From NCBI GenBank assembly GCA_951406725.2, contig OX597825.1, positions 18,724,001-18,788,000 of the forward strand: DNA of 64,000 bases, given 5' to 3'. The notes beneath the pieces were generated by a model. That model was not told the DNA's origin. It worked only from the letters and a program-made list of their open reading frames with translations, and did no database searches. The stretch is from Octopus vulgaris. Its lineage: Eukaryota. A program made the position numbers and the translations under genes. Below, in pieces: positions 1 to 15,724 of the stretch (position 1 is its first letter; each line of letters starts with the position of its first letter).

Positions 1-170
1 GTCTTGTTTTCTGTATCTATATGGTTTTCAATCATAGATATATGAACATACTTATATTTAGATGCATACACTCATAAATAGACAAAACAACACACAAATA
101 TGAATATAATATTTCTTACATACATACATATATACATACATATATATGTCTATATATATATACATACATA

Positions 171-226
<56 letters not shown>

Positions 227-439
227 TAGACAGATGTATGTCTATGCGTACGATTCAATACATAGTACATAAATGTGTATAAATATATGTGTGCACGTAC
301 GCGTCAGTCTGCGTGTGGTTGTACATATCAGTATGTAAGTATACACAGATCTACAGATTATTAGATCGATAAACAGAGACATACCCATACGCGTGCATAC
401 ACGCACGCACACACATACAGCACACACAAACATATATAA

Positions 440-480
<41 letters not shown>

Positions 481-1008
481 TGTGGATATAAGTGTGTGGG
501 TGTGTGTGTATGTGTGTGTGTTTGTGTTTAGACAGTTAGATATGTAGATAGGAAAAAGAAACAGATTGAAAGAAAGATCGATAAAGATAGGTAATTATAT
601 GGATATAAATAAAAACAAAATGACAAAAAAAGTACCAAATATATAGAAGGATACACTATATAGATAAATAATAAATATATACACATAAGTCATAGAAAAA
701 CATTGTGCTAACTTAATAATAAATCAATTCGGTTATTTTTCTTGCACACTTCCCTTCTGTAAACTACGTTGAAATATATCCTCTTATATTTGTCGAAAAT
801 TTCATTGGTATGTTGTAAAAGAAAATATATCCCTTTGTTCTTTTTGTGTGTAAAAGCATTAAATACAGAATTCTATACATATATAAACAATGTGATATTT
901 TTCTGTCGTGTCAAATACAAATAAATATGGAAAAGTAAACTGAATTCAACATTTCTTATGTGGTGCGCATATAATTTCCCATGCGTATATAAACATAGAC
1001 ATACATAC

Positions 1009-1045
<37 letters not shown>

Positions 1046-1209
1046 ACTGCATTCACATACAAACGAGGACGGATTACTTACAGTATATACACGACACATA
1101 ATTGTGGTAGAATGCTTTTGCGTGTATACATACACATATATACGTATATGTACATATAAGTCTATATATTTAGTACATATATATATATATATATACATGA
1201 ATGGGTATG

Positions 1210-1269
<60 letters not shown>

Positions 1270-1376
1270 TATATACATATATATATATATATACATATAT
1301 ATATACATATATATGCATATATATATATATACATATATATAGCCATACACACACACATATAGATGCAAACACATAT

Positions 1377-1435
<59 letters not shown>

Positions 1436-2134
1436 ATATACGTGTATCAGTATGTGATGTTGGCAATTAATGACTCCAGCATCCATTACTCAGATTTTCA
1501 TAGTCACACACACAAGATGTCCGTTGGTATTCGAAGCATTAAGCACCTGTCAGAACGTCAGTGAAAATCGAAACAATGGCCTTAGGGAGAAATTAACTGT
1601 TAACCTACAAGTTTGCATTGAACATGACATACCATGGACTCTTATACATGTCTGTATGTTTGTGTGTGTATGTGTGCATGTATACGCCTGTGCATGCGTT
1701 TGTATATATTTGAGATTGCGTATGCGTTTCACTGCTCAGACATGCAGTTTAAGGATTTTGATACGGTTTACCACATCATATACTGTATCTTGTAATTCAG
1801 AATTTCGCTTTTATCACGGATCATAATGAGGATATACTTTGCTTTGTGAGTACAACGGTTTAATACGGAACAACTGAAGTTATATGATGAGGCAGAGAAC
1901 TTTATATTTCCTACCATATTTGACCCGGAAAAAATCCAATATGATTTTAGGGATTGAAAGGGATTGGAAATGAGTCTTGAATTTTCAGCCTGCAGAAAAG
2001 TCTCATTCTATATTCTGCAAGAACCTTAAGAAACATTCTGAAGATTTCAGAAGAATTGTTGCTGCCTGACCCGAAGAAAAATAAAATTCTACTAATTCCA
2101 TTAGCATGTATTAGTTCAATAATAATAATGATCA

Positions 2135-2333
2135 TGGTTTTAAATTTTGCCACAAGAGCAGTAGTTTTAGGAGAGGGGGTGATTTGATTACATCGAACCC
2201 AGAGTTTTACTGGTACTTATTTTATCGACCCCGAAATAATAAAAAGTAAAATCTACTACGGCGGAATTTGAACTCAGAGGCTAGCGACTAAGCATTTCGT
2301 TCATTGCAATAAAATTTCTACCAGTTCACCCTC

Positions 2334-2335
<2 letters not shown>
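2135..2335 (-). mobile_element. tRNA-derived SINE family B (tail type 2), degenerate
   Basis: Reverse complement of the GGCGGTGAGCTGGCAGAA head, GAGTTCAAATTCCGCC B-box and CGGGGTCGATAAAATAAGTACCAG core; flanked by (AAT)n. Confidence 0.8.
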
Positions 2336-2393
<58 letters not shown>

Positions 2394-2568
2394 TCGAGGA
2401 ATGCGATGATGATGATGATGATGTCGACGACGACGACGATTAACATGAGGAGTAGGACAATGATGGCTAGAAAACTTTGAAGGAGCAGAAGAAGAAAAAT
2501 TCGAATAAAAAGCTGAACATTATATATGTGTGTGTGTGTGTCAGTCTTTATACATACATACATTCATG

Positions 2569-2603
<35 letters not shown>

Positions 2604-3241
2604 CTTACAGTCGATCGGTGTGCGAGATAAACAGATTTATTTTCCAATATGATTTCCATTTCATGACAGTGAGTTCGTAAATTTCTTCGCGTAATATTTA
2701 TTTCAGTATGTACAAAAGTAAATCTACATGATTGTATTGATAACTCTGCTTATCATTCTATTATGAAATTGCATAACCATACAATTTTATATTCATAAAT
2801 TAATGCAAATAAAGGATCACCAGAACATCATAGCCACAGCAGTCAGTATAGATATACACGCACATTTTACCATATATATATATATTTATAATAATAGTTT
2901 TATATTCAGGTTGACACCTTGTAGTAGCCTGTTTTCAGCCTGTACACAGAATTAGGCTATCTGATGTCAACGACAGAATGGAGGAATACTCCGCTATATT
3001 TACTGCAGGAGATACTACTTAATTTTATGCAGCCGTATGGAAAGTAAAAAAGACAAATGATGTACTTTTGAAAGGTCAGCTTAGAAGACGCGTCTGCACC
3101 TCAAATACACGACAATTGATTGCAGAGTGAGATAAGGGTGAATGATAAGTTGAATCGATCGTTGTAATTCTAAATAAAAAGCCTCTTTAATTCCATCTCG
3201 TGTCTCTCATTTTTATACATATATATTCATTTTTTTCGATG

Positions 3242-3592
3242 CAGTCATTTGAATGCAGCCAAGCTGGAGCACTGCTTTTGTCGAACGAATCGACTCCCAG
3301 GACTTGTTCTTTTAAGCCTAGTACCTATACTATCGCTCTCTTTTGCCGAGCCGTTAATTTACGGGGACGTAAACACAACAACATCGGTTGTCAAGCGGAC
3401 AAGTTAAGACACACAAACATATATTTATATATATATATGACGGCCTTCAGTTTCCGCCTACCAAATCCACTCACAAAGCTTCAGTCGGCCCGAGGATACT
3501 GTAGAAGCAGTGGCCCAAGGTGCCACGCAGTGGGACTGAACTAGGAAGCATGTTGGTGGTAAGCAACCGACTTACGTGATAGCCACTCCTGC
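3242..3592 (-). mobile_element. SINE family A (microsatellite-carrying), diverged
   Basis: Matches the copies at 29365, 39550 and 50649 (GGAGTGGCT head ... CAGTCAAATGACTG tail). Confidence 0.85.
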
Positions 3593-3756
3593 ATGTACAA
3601 TAAAAGTATATAATATAAAATCAACTATTTTATTAATTTAATGTTTTAATACCGACCACATGTTTCCAGTTTCAAACTTTAATTCATCTACTATCCCTGG
3701 AGAAACGGTACAGCTGGTTTAGAATACGTTTTTGGTGTTAAGCGAAAATTGGTGTG

Positions 3757-3812
<56 letters not shown>

Positions 3813-3860
3813 AATGTACATACACATATATATGTATGTATGTATGTATGTTTCTATGTA

Positions 3861-3901
<41 letters not shown>

Positions 3902-4117
3902 AAGATCTATGGATATCCATATATACGTACATTCATATATATATATAATCTTATACGTTGGAATTGCGTAGGTTTATCTTATTACGATTCTTAAAATGTG
4001 TATATATGTGTGTGTGTATGAGTGTGTGTGTGTGTGCATGAGTGTGTGCGTGTCAATCTGTCTCTATATTTTTCTCTATTCTTCTCTCTCTCTCTATGAT
4101 ATATATATATATACATG

Positions 4118-4151
<34 letters not shown>

Positions 4152-5247
4152 TACATACATATATATACATACTTACATACATACATACGTACATACATAC
4201 ATAGATACATACATACATATAAATATATATCCACAGGAAGAGAGAAAAATGTGATATTAGCTAGTGTTTGTGATTTGGTATTGTGTATGTTACATCTGTA
4301 TACATAATATACATATCCATAGCAGAACAATCGTGCTACGATAGATACATTATACTATGCATTTGAAATCAATACTATTTTGGATAGAGAAAAGGCATTT
4401 CGACAAACATTGTATATTTTTGTCTTTACTTAAGTCAGATTAAACAAAAGTGGTAAACAAACAGAAAGAAAGCAGAACAAATATTTTGAAATAAATTCAT
4501 GTAAGAAGCCGAAACGGAATGAGAGTAAAGAAATCACACAGGCATACTTTTGCATACACACATATCCATATGCACAGATTAACACAGACACAGACATAAG
4601 TATATTTACGTATATATATATATATATGCATATATATGTGTACATATGTATTCAGACACATGCACATACACACACACATATATTCACGTACGTAGATTCA
4701 TATGGTCATACGTATATGCACATATCTATATATGTGTGCGTGTCCACGTGAGTCTGGGAACGTATATATTTCTATTAAAGAAAGCACTGAACGGGTAATA
4801 TTGAAGATTAGATGTTAAAATTGCTATACAACTTGACTAAATGTGAACCGATTATATGCATGGTTGAAGAAATATATTGATTATTTAGATTATGACGATC
4901 TGAAGCGCTCCATTTGTCAAGTTTTCAGGAGATAAAACACGAAGATACAGAAATCTTTTCCTATATTTCACATCAATGCAACATGATTATTTTGGCAGTT
5001 ATTGATTTTTAAAACAAAAATCTGTGTATCTGTGGTGACTATAGGAAAATATCGGACAAACACTCACAGCTTTGCTTCACGACCAAAATAAAAGACGCTA
5101 GTAATTTCTCGGCAATTCCTGATTCAGCCGGAAGCTGGAACGTAGGTGTAGCTGTATATAGATCATTGCAGATATATTTCTTTGTCTATATCTGTGTGTA
5201 TGCGTGTGTGTATGAAAGAAAGAGTGTGAGTGCGCGGGTTTGTGTGT

Positions 5248-5830
<583 letters not shown>

Positions 5831-6164
5831 ATTATATACGCAAGACCACAGATTTATATTTGCACATGTGTGTGTGTGATTGTGGTCATGTATTTGCCGG
5901 TATGTATGTATGTATGTATGTATGTATGTAGGTAGGTAGGTAGGTAGGTCGGTAAGTAGGTAGGTAGGATGTAGGTGGGCAGTTAGGTAGGTAGATACAA
6001 ATATACTTATGTATCTATAAATCGTGTATAGATAAAGAGTTTTTATGTTCGTAAGTATGTGTATAGAAACATACGTACAGACATAAAAAAATCTTTATAC
6101 CCGATTTACAGAATCATAAGTATATTTGTAGACACGTATATACACACGCACCCTACCCACACAC

Positions 6165-6205
<41 letters not shown>

Positions 6206-6640
6206 TGTGTATAAGCGTGCGTGTATGTGTGTATGTATAATTGTGTGTGCTTCTACATGTTTCTACATGTGTGTGTCCGTGAATGTATCTATGTTAGATG
6301 TATAGCTGTGTGAATATCTTTATCTGTGCATGAGCGTTAGATGGTATCTGTTCCAGTAAGATAATAGATACAGAACTCAGGATTTTTGATAAAATTATAC
6401 AGACAGAGACATTGCAATAAATAATATTCCTAACGTCTGTTTGTTTGTACACACACACACACATCATCATCATCATCATCATCATATTAAGGCCTTCTTA
6501 TGAGTGAGAAAATCAGTTATTGAGTTACGTAATCCTTTTCTTTTATGTCCAAAATACTCGTGTTACTTCATATATAAATTCAATAGAACTATACATATGA
6601 AAATATTGTATATGTATATATAAAATATATGCAATATACA

Positions 6641-6680
<40 letters not shown>

Positions 6681-6700
6681 TGTACATAGCATATATATAC

Positions 6701-6755
<55 letters not shown>

Positions 6756-6854
6756 TATGTCTGTATCTATCTGCATATATGTGTGTATGTATATATAAGC
6801 ATGTATGTATATATATACTTAATATAGATTTTTATATATAGATATATATACATC

Positions 6855-6888
<34 letters not shown>

Positions 6889-6949
6889 ACTGTGTGCGTG
6901 TTTGTATTGCGTTATATATACACATACGTAGTCATATATTCATTTATTC

Positions 6950-7139
6950 TTTTACTTGTTTCACTCATTTAATGGATGCGGCCATGCTGGAGTACCGCCT
7001 TAAAGGGTGTTAGTAGAAGTAATCGACCACAGGACTTATGCTTTATAAGCCTTGTACTTATTGTATGGATATCTTTTGCCGAACCACCAAGCTTCGTGGA
7101 CGGAAACCTACCACCATCGGTGGGAGGAAACACACACAC

Positions 7140-7140
<1 letters not shown>
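6950..7140 (-). mobile_element. SINE family A, 3' half
   Basis: TTTTACTTGTTTCA...GCGGCCATGCTGGAG...TTTTGCCGAACC, ending at the internal CA/TA repeat. Confidence 0.8.
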
Positions 7141-7194
<54 letters not shown>

Positions 7195-7300
7195 AATATA
7201 TATATATATATATTCACACACACACACACATATATTGCAGCAATATATATATGTCTGCATGTATGTATCTTTCACTCTTCTCTCTCCCTCTATATCTCTC

Positions 7301-7360
<60 letters not shown>

Positions 7361-7746
7361 CAATATTTTGCGGTCCATGCAAATTTAAGACCATTACAAT
7401 AACCAACACATTACTTTCATTGCGAAACGAAAATTATTTGCTTATTGCTTATTAAGAATTATACCAAAAAGTAGCATTACATGTAAAATCACGCATATAT
7501 TATAGACAAATTACACCCGTCCAACTAATTTTTACCGCGACTTCCTCTGTAATCACAAATCGTCTATTTCGAATAGACACAAATTAAACGGTATGGAATT
7601 TCCTTATTATTATTTTTTTTTTCACATGTGCTACATCGGTCGTATATGTAATTATTTCTTACTCTATGCATCCCAGTGTGATGAAAGGAATAGTAAACCA
7701 GCCAGGACAATATTTGAATACCACCGCTTTATATATGTGTGTGTGC

Positions 7747-7792
<46 letters not shown>

Positions 7793-7820
7793 ATATATAT
7801 AGATATATACATATTCATGC

Positions 7821-7886
<66 letters not shown>

Positions 7887-7895
7887 CTTTATATA

Positions 7896-7926
<31 letters not shown>

Positions 7927-7971
7927 CTTTATATATATATGTATATATATATATATATATATCTTTATATA

Positions 7972-8025
<54 letters not shown>

Positions 8026-9923
8026 CTATATGTTATAGAGCCGGTAAATTTATTATAAATCAAATTAGGTGTCTGGAAATATCTGGTCGTTATCATAATG
8101 TTGACTCGTTTAAGATAATTACATCTAAACCGCTGTGAAATTCGTCGTTCTTTTTCCGCCTTTTACATATTTATTTATCTAGTTCTTTATTTATTGGTGA
8201 TTCTTTTGCTTTTTTTCGGACAGATTGTCCACGCTTCACTGATCTCAGCGTTCATATAATTACAAGACTATTTGTTTTCCGAGTCCATAACCCATAACTT
8301 TATTAATTCTATTTCCAAAGTTTTCTTTATATATATATATATTTTAAAATTTTAAAACGCAAAACGTAAAAGAAAATGTACTTTTTTCCCCTCCTATCAC
8401 AACAGATTATGAAAAAGACAATACAAGCGTGAAATCTCAATTGAAATTTCGATTTAGAGTGTTTTACATATTATTAGTATCAAAATTATTAAATGGTCCA
8501 AGATATAATCCGCAAAATCATTTCGAGGCATAGGTAAATATGACTCTAGAAGTGTACATGCTTTTTGGTACATTTTAATATCTAAGAAATTTCATTCATA
8601 ATATGACTTGTAAATGCATTTCCACGTCTGAAAATAGAAACTTACTATAGTATATATAGTACAAAATTCCTCAAACATATTGCGTTCTAGATAATTGAAT
8701 AAAAACACAAGATGTTTGGAGATCGAGATGCGGTTTCACATTTCAAATTAAACTACTAATATTCTCCTTGAAGCGAAGCCGCTCAACATTTAAGTAATTG
8801 CGTACATTTCATTCCATATTGACTTGATATGGAAAGTATGTTTGAAACGTAATGTAGTTCTGGATGCAATTCCCTTCGAAAATAAAGTGATTTTATTGTG
8901 ACACCGTCTCTCGGGACAGAGCTGTGTAATCAAGAATGAACTGGAACTTTAAAAATATGACACTTACTTAAAAATATATACTCCCTAATTAAAAAAAGTA
9001 TACTCCTAATTAAAAAGATATACTCTTTATGTCGATTGGTATATTATTTTATTTATGGTCAAAACGTTTCACTTTTATTTACCAATTATTATAAATTGTA
9101 GAGAAGTATCCCAAAACGAAGAGACATGCGCTATACAATGTTTAATTTAAATTTGGACAGGACAGAAGTGCAAAGGCGTCAGCTTATCTTCGACTGAGTG
9201 AAATAAATTTTTACATACGGTGAATATACACAAAAATAGAGCCAATATGATATGGTACATATTTTCCCGTGTACAACATATCACGATGTTATGATAAGGA
9301 TTTCTTTACCAGTAGTGTTGTACTAGAATGTTCACTTGTTATGCTGTGCTGCGCTAAAGCAAACTTTTATAGAATTGGTTTGGCTTCTGGCTGATCCCAA
9401 AATGCCAAAGGAAGAGACAAATTTGCAGTGCATGTGGTTACTCAGATACGAATTCCGGATTATCAGCAGAGTGAAATGTTCTTGTTCAGTAAGAAAATTG
9501 ATATACCGGCCTCGCAAAATGTTATTCTCTTTCGTATATTTATTACATTCCAATGCAGAGAAATGAGTTAATAGCATATAATAAATGATGCGACAAAAGT
9601 AATGTAATCCAGAGCAGAGAATATAAGAAATAACACATTATAAACTTACTTAATCTCTATAAAAAATTGTTTCATAGTAGAAGTACGTTGGGGCCATGAC
9701 CTACAATCTGCAGATCGAAACAACGCTTGCAACGGATTTCATACTATGATTTTTATAGTTATACTTCGCAACCGAGTTGTCTACAGATAGTGTGAAACGA
9801 CTAGCAAATCTCGGAAACCAGTTGAAGATAAAACCAGCATAAAACCGAATGTCCCTTGTATCGTGTTTTTGTCTCCCTTTTCTCTCTGTTAAACTTTCGA
9901 CCAGTTTTCATGTATTTTGCCCA

Positions 9924-10147
9924 TACTCTTTTACTCTTTTACTTGTTTCAGTCATATGACTGTGGCCATGCTTGAGCACCGCCTTTGGTCGAGCAAATTT
10001 AACCCAGGACTTATTCTTTCTAAGCCTAGTACTTATTCTATCGGGCTCTTTTGCCGAAACGCTAAGTTACGGGAATATACACACACCAGCATCGGTTGTC
10101 AAGCGATGTTGGGGGGACAAACACAGACACACAAACATACACACACA

Positions 10148-10210
<63 letters not shown>

Positions 10211-10334
10211 CATATATACGACGGGCTTCTTTAAGTCTTTGGTAGGCCCGAGGATGTAGTAGAAGACACATGCCGAGGTGCCACGTAGTGGCACTGAACC
10301 TGAAACCATGTGGTTGGTAAGCAAGCTACTTACC
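9924..10334 (-). mobile_element. SINE family A
   Basis: (TACTCTTT)n tail, internal (TA)n, head with CCATGTGGTTGGTAAGCAAGCTACTTACC. Confidence 0.9.
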
Positions 10335-10947
10335 TACTGTCTAACTTTTGAAAATATATATTCCTATAATAGAAAGTAAAAATTATATTATGATATAGAA
10401 ACTGATACAAAGTCAAGAGATCATCAACTGACCAGCGTACGCCAAGACTCGAGTACCATAGTGTGTAGTGACGATAGCATCAGGACATTTCGCTCAGTGA
10501 TAAAGGATTGGTTTCTAAGGAAAGATATAAAATAGTATTTTATAGCAATCTGTTTTACTGAATACATATATGGATGAAGGTCAATGTTGTTGCAAAGATT
10601 CGAAATCAAAAATTGAAAAAAATAAAGCGAATATAGGACAGCATGTTGTTCAACTCTTAGTAGAATCTGACATATCAGAACAATTCGAATAGTATTTTCC
10701 GAATCTCAAAATATTTATGGATTTTTTTCTCATTAAAATTATGTGCATTCTGGAATGTACAACTTGTCTCTGGTTCATCGGATCAGTCTATTAATAATGC
10801 TTGTGTAGGAAGATAGATATTTCGAATATATGTAGATTTGAAAAACAGAAAAGACTCTGTATAGAATTACACACAAACACACACACAGCAATATATACAT
10901 ATGCACACATACACACATAGACATGCATATTTATACATTATAGGGGC

Positions 10948-10983
<36 letters not shown>

Positions 10984-11531
10984 ATATACAGGTGTGTATA
11001 TACGTATATACATATATATATTTATACATATACATGTATATACAAACATCTTTATGTATTATTATATATATGCATATATACATATATACACATACGCATA
11101 CTTATGTATAATATATATATATATGTATATATGTATAAATAAAAATATAGAAGTATATATGTGTATGTGTGTGCATATACGTATATGCATGTGGGTTGGT
11201 GTGGTTGGATGTATATATATATAAATCACTGGTAACATGTCCACAGAAAAATAGTAAAGTTGTCGGTGAGGTGAACATATTTAGTTTAATTACTCCTTGT
11301 GCCGTTTTATATGTTGAATGATAAATGTGGACAAGTATCACAGCAATAACACACTCTCATTTGTCTATCTCTCATTCGACTGATGGCCTTTTCTGAAATA
11401 TATTTGTATATGTTTCCCTAGATATCATATTTGATGTCACTGCAGAGTTACTGATATTTTTACTGCATATGTATATATATATATATATACATACATATAA
11501 TGAAAGCAGAGATTGTTAACGCATAATAAAT

Positions 11532-11598
<67 letters not shown>

Positions 11599-12599
11599 AT
11601 AATATAATATTTTATATTATATTATATATTGCGTATAATAAATCATCTTTTGAAATGAATATTTTTTTCATTATTCTTTTGCTTTCACATTTGTCTCTAT
11701 TAAAATTTAGAATTGTTTTGTTGAACTGAGTGAAAATAAAAGAGGAAATCGTAATGATATCAAAACGAAACGAAATGCTTTGAAGATATTTATGAATTTA
11801 AATTACAGTAACACATGCATCGACTACAAACGAATGTATTTGATGTTAAAACTATACGGAAATAGAAAAGAATATAACTTAATTGTACTCCGAATAATAG
11901 GCTCTATTATTGTACAAATATTGCTCACTTTTGTATTAATAAAATTACATTTTGTGGACCTTTTTACTGCATATGCATAAAAAATAGAAATATGGCAAAA
12001 GAATTCAAAGAAAATACCAAACGACATTTATTCTACGCAAATGTTTTCTGGAAATTTATTCTCATCCTAAGAATTGATATAGAACTGATGTCACAAAAAT
12101 CTCATGCGCACGCACGCACAAAGACACGCGCATACACAAACACACACACATACACACGCATATATATATGAAGGTATATATCTACACATATACATACAAA
12201 CATACAAGCACACGCACTCACACACATATTTATAGCTACATGCATGCATACATACATATGTATGAATACATGATGTGTGCGTAAGTGTAACTGTGAGTAT
12301 TTATGTATAGCACGTATGTATAACACGTATGCGTATATATGTGTATGCATAAACACACTGACATATTACTGCGCAAATGTTGTACACACATTTTTGTATT
12401 AATTAAAGCCGTGTAAAAAAAAAGCGGTATAATTTTTTTATTAAAGCGATGAAACACGAACTCGTATCTTCAGAAAGATATTCTAATTATTTTAGGAAAA
12501 TTTCATCAAATCACACACACTCTTTACTCTTTTCATTGTGAGAATACTGCTGCACAACAGTCATCTTTTCATTGTACCACTAATATATTTCCTTCAGTT

Positions 12600-13040
12600 T
12601 TCTCCCAAGAAGGGTCGACGAAGTCGAGTGCCGTTCCCTCCTTGATAGAGATCTATCAGAAGCAACCTTCGTGAGAATCTCCCGCTGGATTTCCAAGTGC
12701 CACCATCTCAAACTATGAATATTGGCTTCAAATTTTGGCACAAGGCCAATAAGTTCGTGGAAGGGAGTATGATGATTACATCAACCTCAGTTCTCAACTG
12801 GCACTTATTTTATCGACCCCGAAATTATGAAAGACAAAGTAGACCTCGATAGAATTTGAACTCGGAACGTAAAGACGGATGAAATACCACTAATCATCTT
12901 ACCCGGGGTACTAGTGATTCTATCAACTCACCGCTTTTCAGACAATGGATGCTAGCAAGCCGTTCCATTCTTTATCTACCCCTACATCCCCTAAAGGTTG
13001 AGTAGACTTGAAGAATCCGTCTTGCAATTATTTAAAATAC
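12600..13040 (-). mobile_element. possible RTE-like LINE 3' remnant, interrupted by a SINE
   Basis: Minus-strand peptides ARRILQVYSTFRGCRGR and ILTKVASDRS resemble the RTE C-terminal RGRPR..W and A.DR..W motifs. Confidence 0.3.
12721..12937 (-). mobile_element. SINE family B (tail type 2)
   Basis: TTTTATCGACCCCGAAA core, AATTTGAACTC B-box, CAAATTTTGGCACAAGG tail. Confidence 0.85.
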
Positions 13041-14602
13041 TTGTGTATCATAATATAGAAATGAAATCAATCTAACCTTTATGAGTGAAAATTATTTTCA
13101 ATGTTCAAAATTATCCGTAGATGTACAATATCTAATTTGAAATAAATCAAAACTCCGATCAAACATAAGCTCAGAACCTGACTTCTATAGTGCAGAGTTC
13201 ACAATATCAACCATCAGGACTGGTTTCTGCCTAATGAGAATGCTCCATATTTGTAAGCAATCCTGTATAATAAATATAATGTATTTCTGAAACTCCTTAA
13301 ACGCTTAGGCAACAGGCTCTAACGGGAAAAAAAGGTGATTGTTCGATTAATTTTTAGTGTTAATTTATCTTTCATTTCAGTTTAGTTTTGATAGATTAAT
13401 GTGCAAATCCTTCTTCATATCGATTACAGGCTTGCCAAGGCGAGTTTGGTAGATAATACTTCTATTGTATAGTGTTTGCGAAGCGTTCTGTGCAATTTAC
13501 ATATTTGTATAATTTCAATAGTGAAACATTCAAATAGATATGTTGAGAAAAATGCTGTAGAATTAAAATTAGAGATAACAGGCAACATAAGCCAAATGAT
13601 CTGTGACCAACTGTATAGGCCTAATTACTTCTATTTGTTACTTTAAAATCTCCAACAATCGCAACGCTCTATTGAACTTTGCAACATAAACTTTGAAAGT
13701 TCTTAACGATTAATTCTGTAACATATATCGTTAATCGTTGATTACTTGCCAAATTCTCTTTTTTATTCTTTCAAATACTTTTACTTCTCTAGAATTTTTT
13801 TATCGCATTTTGTTTAATTCGAAGCATGACTTCAAATCAGTTTTCTCTCTTCCTCGCTTAAAAATAATTCTGTATCAACAAAATGTGTTTCACTCCCATT
13901 TTCTTCCCATCAAGTATTATCGCTGTTACTGTTGAATCAAGAAAGTTATCGACATGAATCGTACAGCGTCTCTCAAGCAATATATCGATACCTAAACGAC
14001 CGCATGCATACATATATATATATATATATATCACTGAAGAGGCATTATCTAAGAAAAGCAAACATATATGACCTGTTGTTAGGCATCTGTTATGTTTAAA
14101 CAAAACCTCAAAACGCTATATTGTTAGATATAAAATAAACTGAATAGAACGTTGGCAGAATATCTGAAAAATTCGCCCAGTAATGGAAACCAGTAAAATT
14201 CTAACGTCGTAGCTGGTCACGAGTTCGCAGTGTTTGAAAATGAATCGCTGCAGGCTAATAAATCAGGATCGATGAATTTAATTTAATAGAATAGTTGGAC
14301 AGAAACTCTCTATAAAATGTTCAGGTATGTATTAACTTATCTTGGTGGTATTGATCTCATGCGAAATGCCTCAACCAAATGTCTGAAAGAAATCTGACTG
14401 ATTGTGTTATGAAGAACCATTATTCCTCCTCTATATTGCAATATTATAAATAAACTGTCCCTGTATACCATCGTTTAGATGATATAAGATGCACACTGAA
14501 TACATTTAAAAGTAATAAAACCTCTCTCTCACTCTCTGTCTGTCTATCTATCTATCTATCTATCTAACTGTCAATATCTCGTAGCACACCGAAATGTTAC
14601 AC

Positions 14603-14645
<43 letters not shown>

Positions 14646-14689
14646 TTGCGCACTCGTGTACACACGCGCATGCACACATTTATATAATC

Positions 14690-14870
14690 AGGTGCGTGGC
14701 CTAGTTCTAAGATTGTTGATCGGAAGCTCGTGGTTTCGATTGCTCAGACCGGTGGTGTGTTCTGTTCTTGGACAAAACACTTCAATTCACGTTACTCCCG
14801 ACATATCAAAGGGAAACGTGCAACTCTGAGTCGAACTGGCTTCCCGTTCATTGGTAGGCTGGCCTAACCG
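14690..14870 (+). mobile_element. degenerate SINE with CORE-like body
   Basis: GGTGCGTGGCCTAGT A-box, GGTTTCGATT B-box, TGTTCTTGGACAAAACACTT...TTCACGTT body. Confidence 0.55.
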
Positions 14871-14912
14871 CTAAGCTATTGGGGTTGTATCATCAAGTAG
14901 TAGTAGTAGTAT

Positions 14913-14946
<34 letters not shown>

Positions 14947-14955
14947 TAAAGAAAA

Positions 14956-15280
14956 CTGGCCTTCTGTCGGTTACGACGACAAAGGTTCCAGTTGATTCGA
15001 TAGACAAAAGAGCCTGCTCACGAAATTAACGTACAAGTGACAGAGCATCCCCCCGCACACACACACGTACCCTTAACGTAGTTCTCGGGGAGGTTCAGCG
15101 TGTTATCGAACGTGACAGTGCTGGCCCTTTGAAACGCGTTTACTACTCATGTTTGTCAGCTGAGTTGGAGCAACGTGAAATAAAGTGCCTTAATCAAGAA
15201 CACAGCCCGCCACCGAGAGTCGAACGCATGACCTCAATACCGTGAGCCAAGTACCCTTACGACTAAGCCATACGCATTTA
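14956..15280 (-). mobile_element. SINE with family-C head/CORE-like body and tail X
   Basis: Body GCACTTTATTTCACGTTGCTCCA as in the 59600 copy; tail CAAAGGGCCAGC...CCCCGAGAACTACGTTAAGGGTAC as in the 53023 copy. Confidence 0.75.
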
Positions 15281-15502
15281 CAGTTGAAGCTGTACTCGGT
15301 TTATCGACTTCTGAATTAGTTAAACATTCGCTGGCACGAATACTATGACGTATTCTATGCTATGAATTCTGCCAATTCACCGCTGAGGTCATGAGTTCGA
15401 TTCTCGGTAGCGCGCTCTGATCTTGATTAAGGCACTTTATTTCACGCTGCTCCAACTCAGCTGACAAACATGAGTAGTAAATGCGTTTCAAAGGGCCAGC
15501 AC
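15118..15502. repeat. 119-bp inverted repeat, about 93% identity, 147-nt spacer
   Basis: 15118-15236 versus the reverse complement of 15384-15502; 8 mismatches counted by hand. Confidence 0.9.
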
Positions 15503-15724
15503 TTAGAAGGGATATATTGCGAGGGAAAATTCCTAACGTGTACGATTTCCTTCGGCACCCGCCCGCAGTGGTTGAAATAAAGGTCACTTCTTGTATAGTT
15601 TTCAGCTCCGTAGCTTCGACGTATGCCTATACTTTTCGTGATTTAGGTATAAAGTGAGAACTGAATATGACGCTTTTTTTCCTTAGCTTCAAATGAACAC
15701 ACGTCTAGTAGATATATGATCAAA

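Noticed and set aside
8966-9028. Three ~21-bp AT-rich tandem units (TAAAAA..TATACTCC)
   Set aside because: Ordinary slippage duplication with no further structure
9332-9577. Overlapping ORFs on both strands in non-repetitive sequence
   Set aside because: No recognisable domain and no convincing splice-site pair
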